Shown one piece after another: positions 19,758-29,858 of a DNA stretch of 64,000 nucleotides. The translations under genes and the position numbers were made by a program. The notes below the pieces were generated by a model that saw only the letters and a program-made list of their open reading frames with translations, made no database searches and was not told where the DNA came from. Each line of letters begins with the position of its first letter. Position 1 is the first letter of the stretch. The stretch comes from Actinomycetota bacterium (GTDB lineage Bacteria > Actinomycetota > UBA4738 > HRBIN12), in the NCBI GenBank assembly GCA_035550775.1, contig DASZOO010000248.1:124-64123 (forward strand), written 5' to 3'.

Positions 19758-20915
19758 CTATCGCTCCTCTGCGAACTCGGCGGCGCGCTGTCGCGCCCAC
19801 GCATCGGCGCGCTCGATGTTCACGACCGAGACCACCGACGCCGGCTCGTGTTCGTCGACCACGTTCTGCACCAGCTCGACGATGCGCGTGAGCGGGATCT
19901 TCCCTTCGAGGAAGGCCATGACCGCGACCTCGTTCGCGGCGTTCATCACGGCCGGGAACGTCGACCCGAGCCCACCGACGCGATAGGCGAGGTCGACCGC
20001 CGGGAACGCCTCGCGATCGACCGGCTCGAACGTGAGCGGGCCGTCCGTGAGCGGCACCGGCTCCACCCCGCCCGGCAGGCGCTCGGGCCAGGCGAGGGCG
20101 AGCTGGATGGGCAGGCGCATGTCCGGCGTGGCCATCTCGGCTCGCAAGCTTCCGTCGCGGAACTCCGCCATCGCGTGCACCAAGCCCTCGGGGTGGATCA
20201 GGACGTGGATCGAGGAGTACTCCAGGTCGAACAGGTAGTGCGCCTCGATCACCTCGAGGCCCTTGTTCATCAGGGTCGCGGAGTCGATCGTGATCTTCGG
20301 CCCCATCGACCAGACCGGATGGGCCAGCGCTTCCTTGACGCTGGCCTTCGCGAGCTCGGCGCGCGTCCATCCCCGGAAGGGTCCCCCGGAGCCCGTGAGC
20401 ACGACGCGCTTGAGATCCTCGCGGCGCTCGCCGCGCATGGCCATCGCGAGCGCCGCGTGCTCGGAGTCGACCGGCAACAGGCGCTCGGGCTCGCCCTTGA
20501 TCAGGTCGGTGACGAGTTCGCCACCCACGACCAGGCTCTCCTTGTTCGCGAGGGCGAGCGTCTTGCCCGACTGCAGGGTGGCGAGCGTGGGCGCGAGCCC
20601 CGCCGATCCGACGAGGGCGTTGAGCACGAGATCGGCCTCGGTCTGGGCCGCGAGGCTCTCCGCCGCTTCAGGGCCCTCGGTGATCTCTACACCGGCCACC
20701 CCGCCGATCTTCTGCTTGACATCGACGGCGGCATCTTCGTCGGCGATCGCCACGACCGGGGGCAGGAACTCCCGGATCTGCCCGGCGAGCAGCTCGAGAT
20801 TCGCCCCGGCGGCCGACAGCCCGACGATCTTGAACCGGTCGGGGTTGCGCCGCACGACATCGAGCGCCTGCGTGCCGACGGATCCCGTGGAACCGAGGAT
20901 CGCCACAGCCTTCAT
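19758..20915 (-). CDS. dxr: 1-deoxy-D-xylulose 5-phosphate reductoisomerase
   Basis: MKAVAILGSTGSVGTQALDV N-terminus and Dxr core motifs. True start is internal to ORF 19758..20954. Confidence 0.9.
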   Translation of the reverse strand: MKAVAILGSTGSVGTQALDVVRRNPDRFKIVGLSAAGANLELLAGQIREFLPPVVAIADEDAAVDVKQKIGGVAGVEITEGPEAAESLAAQTEADLVLNALVGSAGLAPTLATLQSGKTLALANKESLVVGGELVTDLIKGEPERLLPVDSEHAALAMAMRGERREDLKRVVLTGSGGPFRGWTRAELAKASVKEALAHPVWSMGPKITIDSATLMNKGLEVIEAHYLFDLEYSSIHVLIHPEGLVHAMAEFRDGSLRAEMATPDMRLPIQLALAWPERLPGGVEPVPLTDGPLTFEPVDREAFPAVDLAYRVGGLGSTFPAVMNAANEVAVMAFLEGKIPLTRIVELVQNVVDEHEPASVVSVVNIERADAWARQRAAEFAEER

Positions 20916-20984
20916 GCGCTCAAGAGTACCCCGACGGAGGGCGAACGCTCGCACCGTCGCCGATGTCGAACGCGGGCTCGCCGG

Positions 20985-22712
20985 TCAGACGACGATGATG
21001 CGGTAGAGGAAGAACGCCGCCGGGGCCACGAACAGCAGCGAGTCGATGCGGTCGAGCACGCCCCCGTGGCCCGGGAGGATGCTGCCCATGTCCTTGATGC
21101 CGACGTCGCGCTTCACGAGGGACTCGGCGAGGTCACCGAACGTCGACGCGGCCGCGACGACCAGTCCCAGCAGCAGCGCCTCGATGCGCTGGTTCTCGAA
21201 CGGGTCGACGAACGAGGTCACCAGCGTGACGGCGACCACCACGGTGACGAGGGTGCCGATGATGACCCCCTCGATCGACTTCTTCGGGCTGACGCTCGGT
21301 GCCAGCGGGCGCTGGAAGAACTGGCCGCCCCACACCGAGCCCGCCAGGAACGCGGCGGTGTCGTAGACGAACGTCAGCCCGATCACGCTGACCACGAGCG
21401 AGGTGCCGCTGTCGCCCTGCAACAGCACGAGGAGGTAGCTCCCGAGCAACGGTATCCAAGCCATGTTCAGCACCGTCAGGCCGATGTTGGCCGTGACGTC
21501 CTTCCGCCCCGCCGCGGGTCCGGCCATGAACCAGAGGAACGTCGCCGCGACGCCGAGCGCGAACATCGCGAGCACAGCCGCCTCGTCTCGGAAATAGCCC
21601 GCCGCGAGCATCAGCGCGCCGGCGATCAGCCCGACGGCGGTGGCCGGCTGTCGATGGTGCTTGACCATGACGCCGAAGAGCTCTCCCTGGGCGAGCAGGA
21701 CGATCGCGGCCGCGAGCAGACCGAAGAGCCACTCGCCGATCAGCAGCGCCGCGAGGGACGCGATCGCAAGCACGACGCCGGTCAGGAACGCGGCCGGGAC
21801 GTCGCGCTCACCCGGTTCGGGGCCGCGCCGCTCGAAGTCCCCCTCGACCTCGACCGCGCCGGGCTCCTGCCAGCTCGGGCCGCCGAGTCCTTCCCCGCCT
21901 GCGCCGACGATCACCGTCTCGGGTTCGGGTTCGGCCTCACCCAGGTCCGCGAGGATGTCGTGCTCGACCTCGTCGGGCCCGAGCTCACCGAGCAGCGTGC
22001 CCCCCACCTCCGGCGAGACCGCGGCTTCGTCGTCCCATGCGCCGGCCTGCTCGCCTGCCTCCCCGCCTTCGGACGCTTCGATGCCGGCTCGTTCTCGGAC
22101 CGACGGAGCGAAGTACTCCGTGGCCTGCTCCAGGTCGTGTTCCTCGGGCGACTCGACGTCGCCCATCAGCTCGTCGATCGTCGCGATCGGTGCCGTCTCG
22201 GTGTCGAGTTCCTCCTCGTCGCCCACCAGCGTCGCCTCCGCGTACTCGCCCTCTTCGATCGCGTCGTCGGTCTCGGAGCCCCATCCGACGTCGGCGCCTT
22301 CAGCGAGCGCATCCTCACGCTCGGCTTGGCCGAACAGCCCGGCCTGGCCGGGAACCGGTTCGATGGGCTCGCCCACGACCTCCCCGGCCGGCTCGGCCTC
22401 CGGCGCCTCGCCCACCGCGACGACCTGCTCCTCGCCGGGTTCCTCCTCGTCCGAGCCGATGCCCTCGATCGTCTCGAGGACGGACGTGTCATACCAGTCC
22501 TCGTCGTCGTGCTCCTCTTCGTGGACCTCAGACGGCGGCTCCGCGGCGGCGGCAGCCTCGGATCGGTCCGGGCGCACCGACACGTGCTCCTCGCTGGGGG
22601 TCTCTCGAGCGCCCGTCGAGGCCGGCTCCTCCCAGTCGACGTCCTTGATCGGCGCGAAGAACTTGTCCAGGTCCTCGAACAGGTCGTCGCCGTCGCGCTT
22701 GTCGCCTGCCAC
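20985..22712 (-). CDS. cdsA: phosphatidate cytidylyltransferase CdsA with an about 290-aa acidic low-complexity N-terminal extension
   Basis: C-terminal 280 aa are a typical CTP_transf_1 membrane domain (...SILPGHGGVLDRIDSLLF). The upstream in-frame 290 aa are Glu/Asp-rich, unlike the spurious Arg-rich ORFs. Confidence 0.7.
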   Translation of the reverse strand: MAGDKRDGDDLFEDLDKFFAPIKDVDWEEPASTGARETPSEEHVSVRPDRSEAAAAAEPPSEVHEEEHDDEDWYDTSVLETIEGIGSDEEEPGEEQVVAVGEAPEAEPAGEVVGEPIEPVPGQAGLFGQAEREDALAEGADVGWGSETDDAIEEGEYAEATLVGDEEELDTETAPIATIDELMGDVESPEEHDLEQATEYFAPSVRERAGIEASEGGEAGEQAGAWDDEAAVSPEVGGTLLGELGPDEVEHDILADLGEAEPEPETVIVGAGGEGLGGPSWQEPGAVEVEGDFERRGPEPGERDVPAAFLTGVVLAIASLAALLIGEWLFGLLAAAIVLLAQGELFGVMVKHHRQPATAVGLIAGALMLAAGYFRDEAAVLAMFALGVAATFLWFMAGPAAGRKDVTANIGLTVLNMAWIPLLGSYLLVLLQGDSGTSLVVSVIGLTFVYDTAAFLAGSVWGGQFFQRPLAPSVSPKKSIEGVIIGTLVTVVVAVTLVTSFVDPFENQRIEALLLGLVVAAASTFGDLAESLVKRDVGIKDMGSILPGHGGVLDRIDSLLFVAPAAFFLYRIIVV

Positions 22713-23272
22713 TAGACCTCCATGAGCTCCTGCTCCTTGTGGCTCTGGATCTCGTCGATCTCCACCACGTGCCGGTCGGTCAGCTTCTGGAGTTCCTTCT
22801 CCCCCCGCACCAGGTCATCTTCCGAGATGCCGCCCTCGCGCTCAAGCTTCTCCATCTCTTCCTTCGCGTGCCGCCGGACGTTGCGCACGGAGACCCGGCC
22901 CTCTTCGGCACGGGCGTGCACCTGTTTCACGAGCTCCTTGCGGCGCTCTTCGGTGAGCGGTGGGAACGCCAGCCGGATCACCTGGCCGTCGTTCGACGGA
23001 GTGATGCCGAGGTCGCTCGATTGGATCGCCTTCTCGATCGCACCGATCGCGCCCTTGTCGAAGGGCTGAACGGACAGCAGGCGGGGCTCGGGCACGTTGA
23101 TCGAGGCGAGCTGGTTCAACGGGACGGGCGTGCCGTAGTACTCGACCGTCACTCGGTTCAAGACCGCGGGGCTCGCGCGGCCGGTCCGGACCGCGGCGAG
23201 CTCATCCTTGAGATGGGCGACCGCCTGCTCCATCTTGCGTGCGGCCTCGGTGAGGCTGGACTCGATCGTCAT
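22712..23272 (-). CDS. frr: ribosome recycling factor
   Basis: Full-length RRF sequence. Confidence 0.9.
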   Translation of the reverse strand: MTIESSLTEAARKMEQAVAHLKDELAAVRTGRASPAVLNRVTVEYYGTPVPLNQLASINVPEPRLLSVQPFDKGAIGAIEKAIQSSDLGITPSNDGQVIRLAFPPLTEERRKELVKQVHARAEEGRVSVRNVRRHAKEEMEKLEREGGISEDDLVRGEKELQKLTDRHVVEIDEIQSHKEQELMEV

Positions 23273-23281
23273 CGGACTCCT

Positions 23282-24010
23282 TCAGTGGACGAGCGTGCCG
23301 ATCCGCTCGCCGTTGACGACGCGCCGGATGTTGCCTTCTTCGCGCAGGTTGAACACCAGGATCGGCAGCTTGTTCTCCATGCACAGCGAGATCGCCGTGG
23401 CATCCATCACCTGGTAGCCCTCCTTCAGGACGTCGACGTACTCGATCTCGTCGAAGCGTTCGGCTCCCGGATCGACCTCCGGATCCGCCGTGTACACGCC
23501 GTCGACCTTCGTGCCTTTCAGCAGCGCGTCGGCTCCCATCTCGAGGGCTCGTTGTGCGGCGCAGGTGTCGGTGGAGAAGTACGGCACGCCGAGTCCGGCG
23601 GCGAAGATCACGACGCGTCCCTTCTCGAGGTGACGGCGCGCGCGGAGCGGGATGAACGGCTCGGCGAGCTGTGCCATCGCGATCGCGGTCTGCACCCGAG
23701 TGGTGACGTGGATCTTCTCCAGAGCGTCCTGCAGGGCGAGCGCGTTCATGACGGTGGCGAGCATGCCCATGTAGTCGGCACGGTTCCGGTCGATCCCGGG
23801 CGCCTGCCGGCCGCGCCAGATGTTGCCACCGCCGGCCACGACGGCGATCTGCACGCCGAGATCGAGGACCTCGGCGAGCTGCCTGGCGATGAGGGCCGTA
23901 GCGTCGGTGTTGATACCGTACTCGGCGTCGGCTGGGGCGAACGCTTCTCCGGAAAGCTTCAGCAACACGCGCCCGTAGTGGGCCCGTGGCGTACCTCCGT
24001 CGTCGGCCAT
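23282..24010 (-). CDS. pyrH: UMP kinase
   Basis: [11 protein letters not shown]...GGGNIWRG motifs. True start is Met at MADDGGT (ORF 5' part is an Arg-rich artefact). Confidence 0.9.
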   Translation of the reverse strand: MADDGGTPRAHYGRVLLKLSGEAFAPADAEYGINTDATALIARQLAEVLDLGVQIAVVAGGGNIWRGRQAPGIDRNRADYMGMLATVMNALALQDALEKIHVTTRVQTAIAMAQLAEPFIPLRARRHLEKGRVVIFAAGLGVPYFSTDTCAAQRALEMGADALLKGTKVDGVYTADPEVDPGAERFDEIEYVDVLKEGYQVMDATAISLCMENKLPILVFNLREEGNIRRVVNGERIGTLVH

Positions 24011-24071
24011 GCGTTCCCTCCCGCCGAGCCGTCGACCCCGGCTCCCGCCGTGGCCTCGGTCGCCTGAGACC

Positions 24072-24713
24072 TTACGACCCTTCGCCGCCCTGCGCCTCGT
24101 CGTCCTCGGCGTCTTCGCCGAGCCGGAACCTGGCGAAGCGACGGATCGCGATGCGCTCGCCGACCTTCGCCGAGATCTCATCGAGCAGCTGCTGCACGGT
24201 CTTCGAGTCGTCTCTCACGAACGGCTGCTCGAGCAGGACGATGTCGGCGAGGTGGGCGTTGATCTTGCCTTCGACGATCTTCTCGATCACGTTCTCCGGC
24301 TTGCCGGCCTGCTGCGCCTGGACCTCGGCGATGCGTCGAACGTCATCGAGCTCGGCGGTCGGGACCTCGTCTCGGGTCAGGAACCGGGGCGCGGAGGGGC
24401 TCGCGATGTGCAGGGCGATGTCCTTCACGAGCGTGCGGAAATCGTCGGTATTGGCGACGAAGTCCGTTTCGCAGTTCACCTCGACCAGCACGCCGACCGT
24501 GTTGTTGAAGTGCACGTACGCGTCGACGAGGCCCTGGTTCGCGGAGCGCCCGGCGCGCTTGGCGACCGAAGCGAGCCCCTGCTCGCGCAGAAGCTCGGTG
24601 GCGCGGTCCAGGTCGCCCTCGGACTCGGCCAGCGCCCGCTTGCAGTCCATCATGCCGGCGCCGGTGGCGTCGCGGAGCTCCTTCACTTCGGCTGCGGTCG
24701 GCGAGTACGTCAC
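24072..24713 (-). CDS. tsf: elongation factor Ts (short form)
   Basis: [25 protein letters not shown]-like N-terminus. Overlaps the rpsB stop. Confidence 0.85.
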   Translation of the reverse strand: MTYSPTAAEVKELRDATGAGMMDCKRALAESEGDLDRATELLREQGLASVAKRAGRSANQGLVDAYVHFNNTVGVLVEVNCETDFVANTDDFRTLVKDIALHIASPSAPRFLTRDEVPTAELDDVRRIAEVQAQQAGKPENVIEKIVEGKINAHLADIVLLEQPFVRDDSKTVQQLLDEISAKVGERIAIRRFARFRLGEDAEDDEAQGGEGS

Positions 24714-25705
24714 GATGGCTCCCCGGTGGTGTCCGACCCGACCGCGTCGCTCTCACGGCCGAGCTCGGTCGCCGCGTCGGGATCGGACCCGGCGCTGCCG
24801 CCGGCCCCACCCTGCGTCGGCTCGGATCCCGCGCCCTCTTGGTCGGGCTCCGAGGATGCCTCGGGAGCATCGGGCTCGAAGACGGTGCTCGCGGCGATCT
24901 TCGCCGCGTCCTCGGCCGAAGGCGTCTCGTGCTCCTCGACGCGGGCGGGCGCGGCGGTCGAGCGAGGACCGGCGGCCGCCGGTGCCGGGCGAGCGGCGAC
25001 ACGCTCGACGTCCTCGTCCTTGGCCATGCCGTAGCCCTCGGCGAGCGCGTCGGCGACCACGCGGGTCACCAAGCTCACGGCTCGGATCGCATCGTCGTTG
25101 CCCGGGATCGCGTAGTCGACCTCGTCAGGGTCGCAGTTGGTGTCGACGATCGCGATCACGGGGATGCCCAGCTTCCGCGCCTCGTTGACCGCGATGTGCT
25201 CCTTCTTCGTGTCGATCACGAAGACGGCGTCGGGAAGCCGCTCCAGATCCTGGATGCCGCCGAGGTTCCGGGTCAGCTTGTCGCGCTCGTGGCGCAAGCG
25301 GATCGCTTCCTTCTTGGGCAGGTAGTCGATCGCGCCCGTGCGCTCCATCTCGTGCAGTTCGCGCAGGCGGAGCAGGCGCTTGGAGATCGTGCTGAAGTTC
25401 GTGAGCATGCCGCCGAGCCACCGGTGGTTCACGTACGGCATGCCCACCCGGGTGGCGTGCTCCCGCACGACCTCCTGGGCTTGCTTCTTCGTGCCGATGA
25501 ACAACACGATGCCTCGGCGGCGGCCGAGGCCCTGGACGAACTCGTACGTCTCCTCGAGGCCGGTCAGGGACTTCTCGAGGTCGATGATGTAGATGCCGGA
25601 ACGCTCCCCGTAGAGGAACCGCTGCATCTTCGGGTTCCACCGGCGCGTCTGGTGGCCGAAGTGCACGCCTGCCTCGAGGAGCTCCCGCCTGGTGACGACA
25701 GGCAC
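24710..25705 (-). CDS. rpsB: 30S ribosomal protein S2 with acidic/Ala-rich C-terminal extension
   Basis: GTG start ([27 protein letters not shown]) 5 nt after a GGAGGG Shine-Dalgarno. C-terminal tail of about 90 aa. Confidence 0.9.
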   Translation of the reverse strand: MPVVTRRELLEAGVHFGHQTRRWNPKMQRFLYGERSGIYIIDLEKSLTGLEETYEFVQGLGRRRGIVLFIGTKKQAQEVVREHATRVGMPYVNHRWLGGMLTNFSTISKRLLRLRELHEMERTGAIDYLPKKEAIRLRHERDKLTRNLGGIQDLERLPDAVFVIDTKKEHIAVNEARKLGIPVIAIVDTNCDPDEVDYAIPGNDDAIRAVSLVTRVVADALAEGYGMAKDEDVERVAARPAPAAAGPRSTAAPARVEEHETPSAEDAAKIAASTVFEPDAPEASSEPDQEGAGSEPTQGGAGGSAGSDPDAATELGRESDAVGSDTTGEPS

Positions 25706-25869
25706 GGATGCCCTCCTTCTGTGGTTGGCTTCCTCCGCCCGGATCATCCGGTCACCGGCCCCCCTCGAGAGGCGGGACCTCCGGCGAACCGTCCCCGGAC
25801 GTGTGAGCTCGGCGCTCTCGGCGCCGGCGCGGCGAGTCTAGCAGCGGGTTCCCGGCCCGACAGGGCGGT

Positions 25870-26841
25870 TCAGCGTGAACGAGCGGCGCGCGAGCGCTCG
25901 GACCGGCGCTTGGGGGCTGCCTCGGGCACCTCGTCGGCCACCGACAGGTAGCGGAAGGCGAGCGTGGCCTGCATCACCACATGCAGCAGGTTGGCGATCA
26001 GCACGAGCGCCCACGCTCCGACCGACGGGTTCACGCCGAGGTCGGAGCCCGGCTTGCCGGGGGCCACGAGCAAAGCGATCGACGTGATCACGTAGATCGC
26101 AGCCAGCGTGAGGTTCCCCGCGCCCGGCATCCGTGCGGCCCGGATCGAACGGCCCATCGCGTCGGCGAGCGGCCTCCCCTCGTCGGCCGCGATCACCGGC
26201 GCGAACCCGAGCAGGTAGACCCCGCCGACGAGCGCTGCCATCTGGATCAGCAGGCCGAACGCGGGGCCCAGCATGGGACCGAGGATGCTCGCCAGCGTGA
26301 GCAGGCCGACGCCCGCCATGCTGACCGCGAGCGCGACGGGCAGCGTGCGCAGGGCGCGGACGAGGGTCCAGCGGCCCAACGGCGAGGAGCGAAGCACCTC
26401 GACCGAGGTCGCCACCAACAGGGCTTGGATCACGCCGCGCAGCGCCACGAAGCCGAGGATCGCGAAGAACCCGCCCTGGAGGCCGAACAGCGCCGTCGAC
26501 AGCGTCGCGTCGAAGCTCGTGCCGACCGGCGGCAGCGCCAGGGCGCTCACGAACAGCGCGAACGGCCCTTCGTACCCGAGCGCCAGCGCCGCCAGCCATT
26601 CGCCGATCGTGAGCAGGACCGCCGCGACGGCCAGCACGGGAGTGCCGGCGACCACCACGACGCCGCGGGCGAGCGAGGAACGCAGGCGCGGCATCGCCGT
26701 CGACACGGACGTGCGGGGCGCGAAGATCGAGTCCAGCAACCCGCGGCGTGGCCCTCGCTCGGCCTCGGACGAGACCCGCTGTCGGGTGCCCGTGTCGGCG
26801 CGGGGGTGCGCGGATCGCGATCGCTTGTTCTTGTTCGTCAC
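25870..26841 (-). CDS. polytopic membrane protein, unknown function
   Basis: Basic N-terminus then multiple hydrophobic helices. Start overlaps the stop of the upstream PQQ-repeat gene by 4 nt. Confidence 0.45.
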   Translation of the reverse strand: MTNKNKRSRSAHPRADTGTRQRVSSEAERGPRRGLLDSIFAPRTSVSTAMPRLRSSLARGVVVVAGTPVLAVAAVLLTIGEWLAALALGYEGPFALFVSALALPPVGTSFDATLSTALFGLQGGFFAILGFVALRGVIQALLVATSVEVLRSSPLGRWTLVRALRTLPVALAVSMAGVGLLTLASILGPMLGPAFGLLIQMAALVGGVYLLGFAPVIAADEGRPLADAMGRSIRAARMPGAGNLTLAAIYVITSIALLVAPGKPGSDLGVNPSVGAWALVLIANLLHVVMQATLAFRYLSVADEVPEAAPKRRSERSRAARSR

Positions 26842-28355
26842 GACGCGGGGCCCTCGTCTTCCTCCCAGGGGTCGCGCACCGGCTCGTCGTCGTCGACGAC
26901 GGGTTCGTCGGGGAACGCCGGGCCCATGCGAGGGACCAGCGCCCGTCCGAGGAGTATCACCGACGCGAGGATGGGGATCGCGGCGAGCGCCATCGCGCCG
27001 AGCATGCGTCCGAACGCGAGCGTCGTTGGCGACGCCTCGCGCACCAGGGTCGCCTCGGCGTCGTGTTCGAACGCCTCGACCCCCGACAGGGCCCCCCCAC
27101 GGACGGCGATCAACGTGTCGCCGGCCGGGACCAGGGTGCGCAGCGGCGATCCATCGGCCGTCCGGCGCCAGACGAGCTCGCCGCTGTCGATGTCGATCAC
27201 GGAGAGGTCTCCTTCCAGGGTCGGCACGAGCAGGCTCGACCCCACCAGCGTCGGCACGCTTCGGAACACGGGCGCGTTCAGGGCGAAGTCCCAGCGTTCC
27301 TCGCCCGTTGCGACGTCGAGAGCTCGCACGTGACCCAGCAGGTCGACGACGAAGACGGAGCCGCCACCCAGCACCGGCGGCACGGCCACGTCGAAGGCTG
27401 CGCCGGCACGCCGGCGCCAGCGCTCGGCGCCGTCTTCCATGCCGATCGCCACCACGGAGGCCTCGGACAGGCCGGTGAAGATCGAGAAGGCCGTGTCCCC
27501 CTGGACCGAGACCGCGGAGACCACCGCCGAGGCGACGGCCGGCTCGTGACGCCAGCGTTGCTCCCCCGTCTCGACGTCGAGCGCGACCACCGCCGGCTGC
27601 TGGTCGCGATCACCTTGCGCCCCGACGAGCACGAGACCGTCCGCGACGGTGAGCGGCGTGCCGACCGTCGCGCCGGCCTCCGCTCGCCAGTCGACGCTGC
27701 CGTCGGCGAGGTCGACCGCGGTCACCTCGCCGGCGTCGGTGCCCACGAACGCGATGCCGTCGGCGATCGTGACCCCCGTCCGGCTCACGCCATCGAGCCG
27801 CACGGGGGGCCATGGGGCCTCCTCGGTTCGCAGATCGAACGCCGCGAGGCGCGACTGCCCCCCGGCTTCCGTCGACGTGCCGCCCGGCTCCGTGGGGCTC
27901 GCCGCGGCCGTGGGCGTTCGCGTCGGCGGCCCGTCCCCCCAGCCTTCCGTGTACACGATCGTCGTGTCGGTGCCGTCCGGTTCCGCCGCCGCGGGCACCG
28001 ACGGGCCGAGCTCCCGGTCGACCGCGAGCACCTGCTCTCCCGAGGCGAGGTCTAGGCCGAGCACCTGCTCCGGACCGACGGCAACGGCGAGTCCACCGGC
28101 CACGATCGGGGTCGAGAGGCCGAACCGGCCGCCGGGTCCCCCGGGGGCGAAGGGTGTGCTCCAGGACTGCCGGTATCCGGGCTCCGGTCCGTCTGCCGCC
28201 GATCCGGTCTTGGCCGGGCCCCCTTGGAACTCGGTCCAGCTCGGCGCGGTCTGCGCCAGGGCGAGGCCGGCCAGCACCACGATCATCGACGTTGCGGCCG
28301 CGGCCGCGCAGCAGGCACGGCGCAACGCCCGTGGGATCGAAAGGGAGGTCGGCAA
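26838..28355 (-). CDS. PQQ-like beta-propeller repeat protein with N-terminal signal/TM and C-terminal TM anchor
   Basis: Repeated xVxAxDxxTGExxW blades (BamB/PQQ-like), N-terminal hydrophobic segment, C-terminal TM followed by an acidic tail. Confidence 0.55.
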   Translation of the reverse strand: MPTSLSIPRALRRACCAAAAATSMIVVLAGLALAQTAPSWTEFQGGPAKTGSAADGPEPGYRQSWSTPFAPGGPGGRFGLSTPIVAGGLAVAVGPEQVLGLDLASGEQVLAVDRELGPSVPAAAEPDGTDTTIVYTEGWGDGPPTRTPTAAASPTEPGGTSTEAGGQSRLAAFDLRTEEAPWPPVRLDGVSRTGVTIADGIAFVGTDAGEVTAVDLADGSVDWRAEAGATVGTPLTVADGLVLVGAQGDRDQQPAVVALDVETGEQRWRHEPAVASAVVSAVSVQGDTAFSIFTGLSEASVVAIGMEDGAERWRRRAGAAFDVAVPPVLGGGSVFVVDLLGHVRALDVATGEERWDFALNAPVFRSVPTLVGSSLLVPTLEGDLSVIDIDSGELVWRRTADGSPLRTLVPAGDTLIAVRGGALSGVEAFEHDAEATLVREASPTTLAFGRMLGAMALAAIPILASVILLGRALVPRMGPAFPDEPVVDDDEPVRDPWEEDEGPAS

Positions 28356-28402
28356 GGCCGCGACATCCTAATCATCGGAGCGGCCGACGCCTGCGCAGGC
28401 GA

Positions 28403-28906
28403 TCACGCGGCGAGCGGCGCGAGGCGGATCAGGTCGGTGAGATCGAGAGCGCTCAGGTAGTCGAGCGGATCGACGTACACGTCGTCGAGGCGCACACCGA
28501 CATGGAGGTTCGGGACGAGATCGCCCGTGTGCCCGCCGCTCGTGCGGGCCACCGGCTGTCCCGCCTCGACGACATCGCCTCGGCGGACGTCGAGCGCCGC
28601 GACCCACGAGAAGGTCGACTCGACCCCCCCGCCGTGATCGATCGTGAGGAACAGGCGCCCCCCGACCGGCCCGGCGAAGGCGACGACGCCATCGGCGGGA
28701 GCCAGCGCCGTGCTGCCCGCGGGCGCGGCGATGTCGATGCCGCGATGTCCCGAACCGTACGGGGACTCGGGAGGGTCGAACGCCCGGATCACCGGGCCGG
28801 ACACCGGCCATGTCCACGTGCCGGCGGCGGTCGCCGGCCCCGCAACAGGAAGGATCACTACCGACAGGATCAGCGGAACCACGAGGTGCGCGCGACGCAA
28901 TCCCAT
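28403..28906 (-). CDS. M23 family metallopeptidase (secreted)
   Basis: Signal peptide. HxxxD (GSGHRGIDIAA) and HLH (NLHVGVRLDDVYVDP) LytM-type motifs. Confidence 0.7.
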   Translation of the reverse strand: MGLRRAHLVVPLILSVVILPVAGPATAAGTWTWPVSGPVIRAFDPPESPYGSGHRGIDIAAPAGSTALAPADGVVAFAGPVGGRLFLTIDHGGGVESTFSWVAALDVRRGDVVEAGQPVARTSGGHTGDLVPNLHVGVRLDDVYVDPLDYLSALDLTDLIRLAPLAA

Positions 28907-28982
28907 GGCGCCGACGGTACGGGGATCGCGTCGTCCGCACCGTGACGCAGGTCACGCCCGAGAGCAGCTCGAGCCGCTGCCC

Positions 28983-29855
28983 CTAGTCGACCTCGGTGAG
29001 CTGGCCGCGCAGTCCCCCCACGGCCTTCGTGTGGATCTGACACACACGGGACTCCGTGACCCCGAGGATCTCGCCGATCTCGGCCAGGGTGAGCCCCTCG
29101 AAGTAGTACAGGGTGACGACGATCTTCTCCCGTTCCGAGAGCTCGTTGATCGCTGCGGCGAGCAATCCCCGCGTCTCCTGCGACTCGACACCGGAGGTCG
29201 GGTCGATGCCACGGTCGGCGAGGGTGTCGATCAGGGAGACCTGCTCGCCCCGATCGGCGCCGACGGAGACGAGCTCGTCGAGCGCGAGCACGGAGACGAA
29301 CGAGATCTGGGAGACGACCTCGTGCAGCTCCCGGCGCGAGATACCCAGCCGCTCGGCCATCTCCTGCTCGGTCGGTTGGCGCTTCAGCATCGACTCGAGG
29401 TCGGTGTGGGCCTTCTCGATCTCTCGGGCCTTGAACCGGATCGATCGCGGAACCCAGTCCATCGCCCGCAGCTCGTCGATGATCGCCCCCTTGATCCTGG
29501 GGATGGCGTAGGTCTCGAACTTGTTGCCTCGTCCCGGCTCGAACTTCGTGAGCGCGTCGATCAGGCCGAACATGCCGTAACTCACGAGGTCGGCCTGCTC
29601 CACGCTCGCCGGCAGACCGGTGGCCACGCGGCTCGCGACGTACTTCACGAGCGGGGCGTAGTGCAGGATCAGCTTCTCCCGCGCTTCCTCCTCGGCGCTG
29701 CTCTTGAACCGGTGCCAGTGCTGTCCGAGCTCGTCGTCGACGTGCGGCGGGATGGTCACGGTCGGATCGAACGGCGGGGCGGCCGCTCGACGGGACTTGG
29801 CGGCGGCCTTGGGCTTGGCGGCCGGCCTCGTGGCCGTCTTCTTGGCGGGGGCCAC
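28983..29855 (-). CDS. sigma-28 family RNA polymerase sigma factor (FliA/WhiG type) with Lys/Ala-rich N-terminal extension
   Basis: Regions 2, 3 and 4 of the FliA/WhiG subgroup (LILHYAPLVKYVASR..., YYFEGLTLAEIGEILGVTESRVCQIH). Confidence 0.8.
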   Translation of the reverse strand: MAPAKKTATRPAAKPKAAAKSRRAAAPPFDPTVTIPPHVDDELGQHWHRFKSSAEEEAREKLILHYAPLVKYVASRVATGLPASVEQADLVSYGMFGLIDALTKFEPGRGNKFETYAIPRIKGAIIDELRAMDWVPRSIRFKAREIEKAHTDLESMLKRQPTEQEMAERLGISRRELHEVVSQISFVSVLALDELVSVGADRGEQVSLIDTLADRGIDPTSGVESQETRGLLAAAINELSEREKIVVTLYYFEGLTLAEIGEILGVTESRVCQIHTKAVGGLRGQLTEVD

Positions 29856-29858
29856 GGC

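Noticed and set aside
18462-22715. 1417-aa plus-strand ORF spanning rseP, dxr and cdsA
   Set aside because: Antisense to three well-supported genes. Arg/Gly/Asp/His-rich low-complexity translation typical of open non-coding frames in very GC-rich DNA.
25709-25869. 161-nt region upstream of rpsB as a possible ncRNA or tRNA
   Set aside because: No tRNA-like conserved boxes. Most simply the rpsB-tsf promoter or leader region, with a strong GGAGGG Shine-Dalgarno present.
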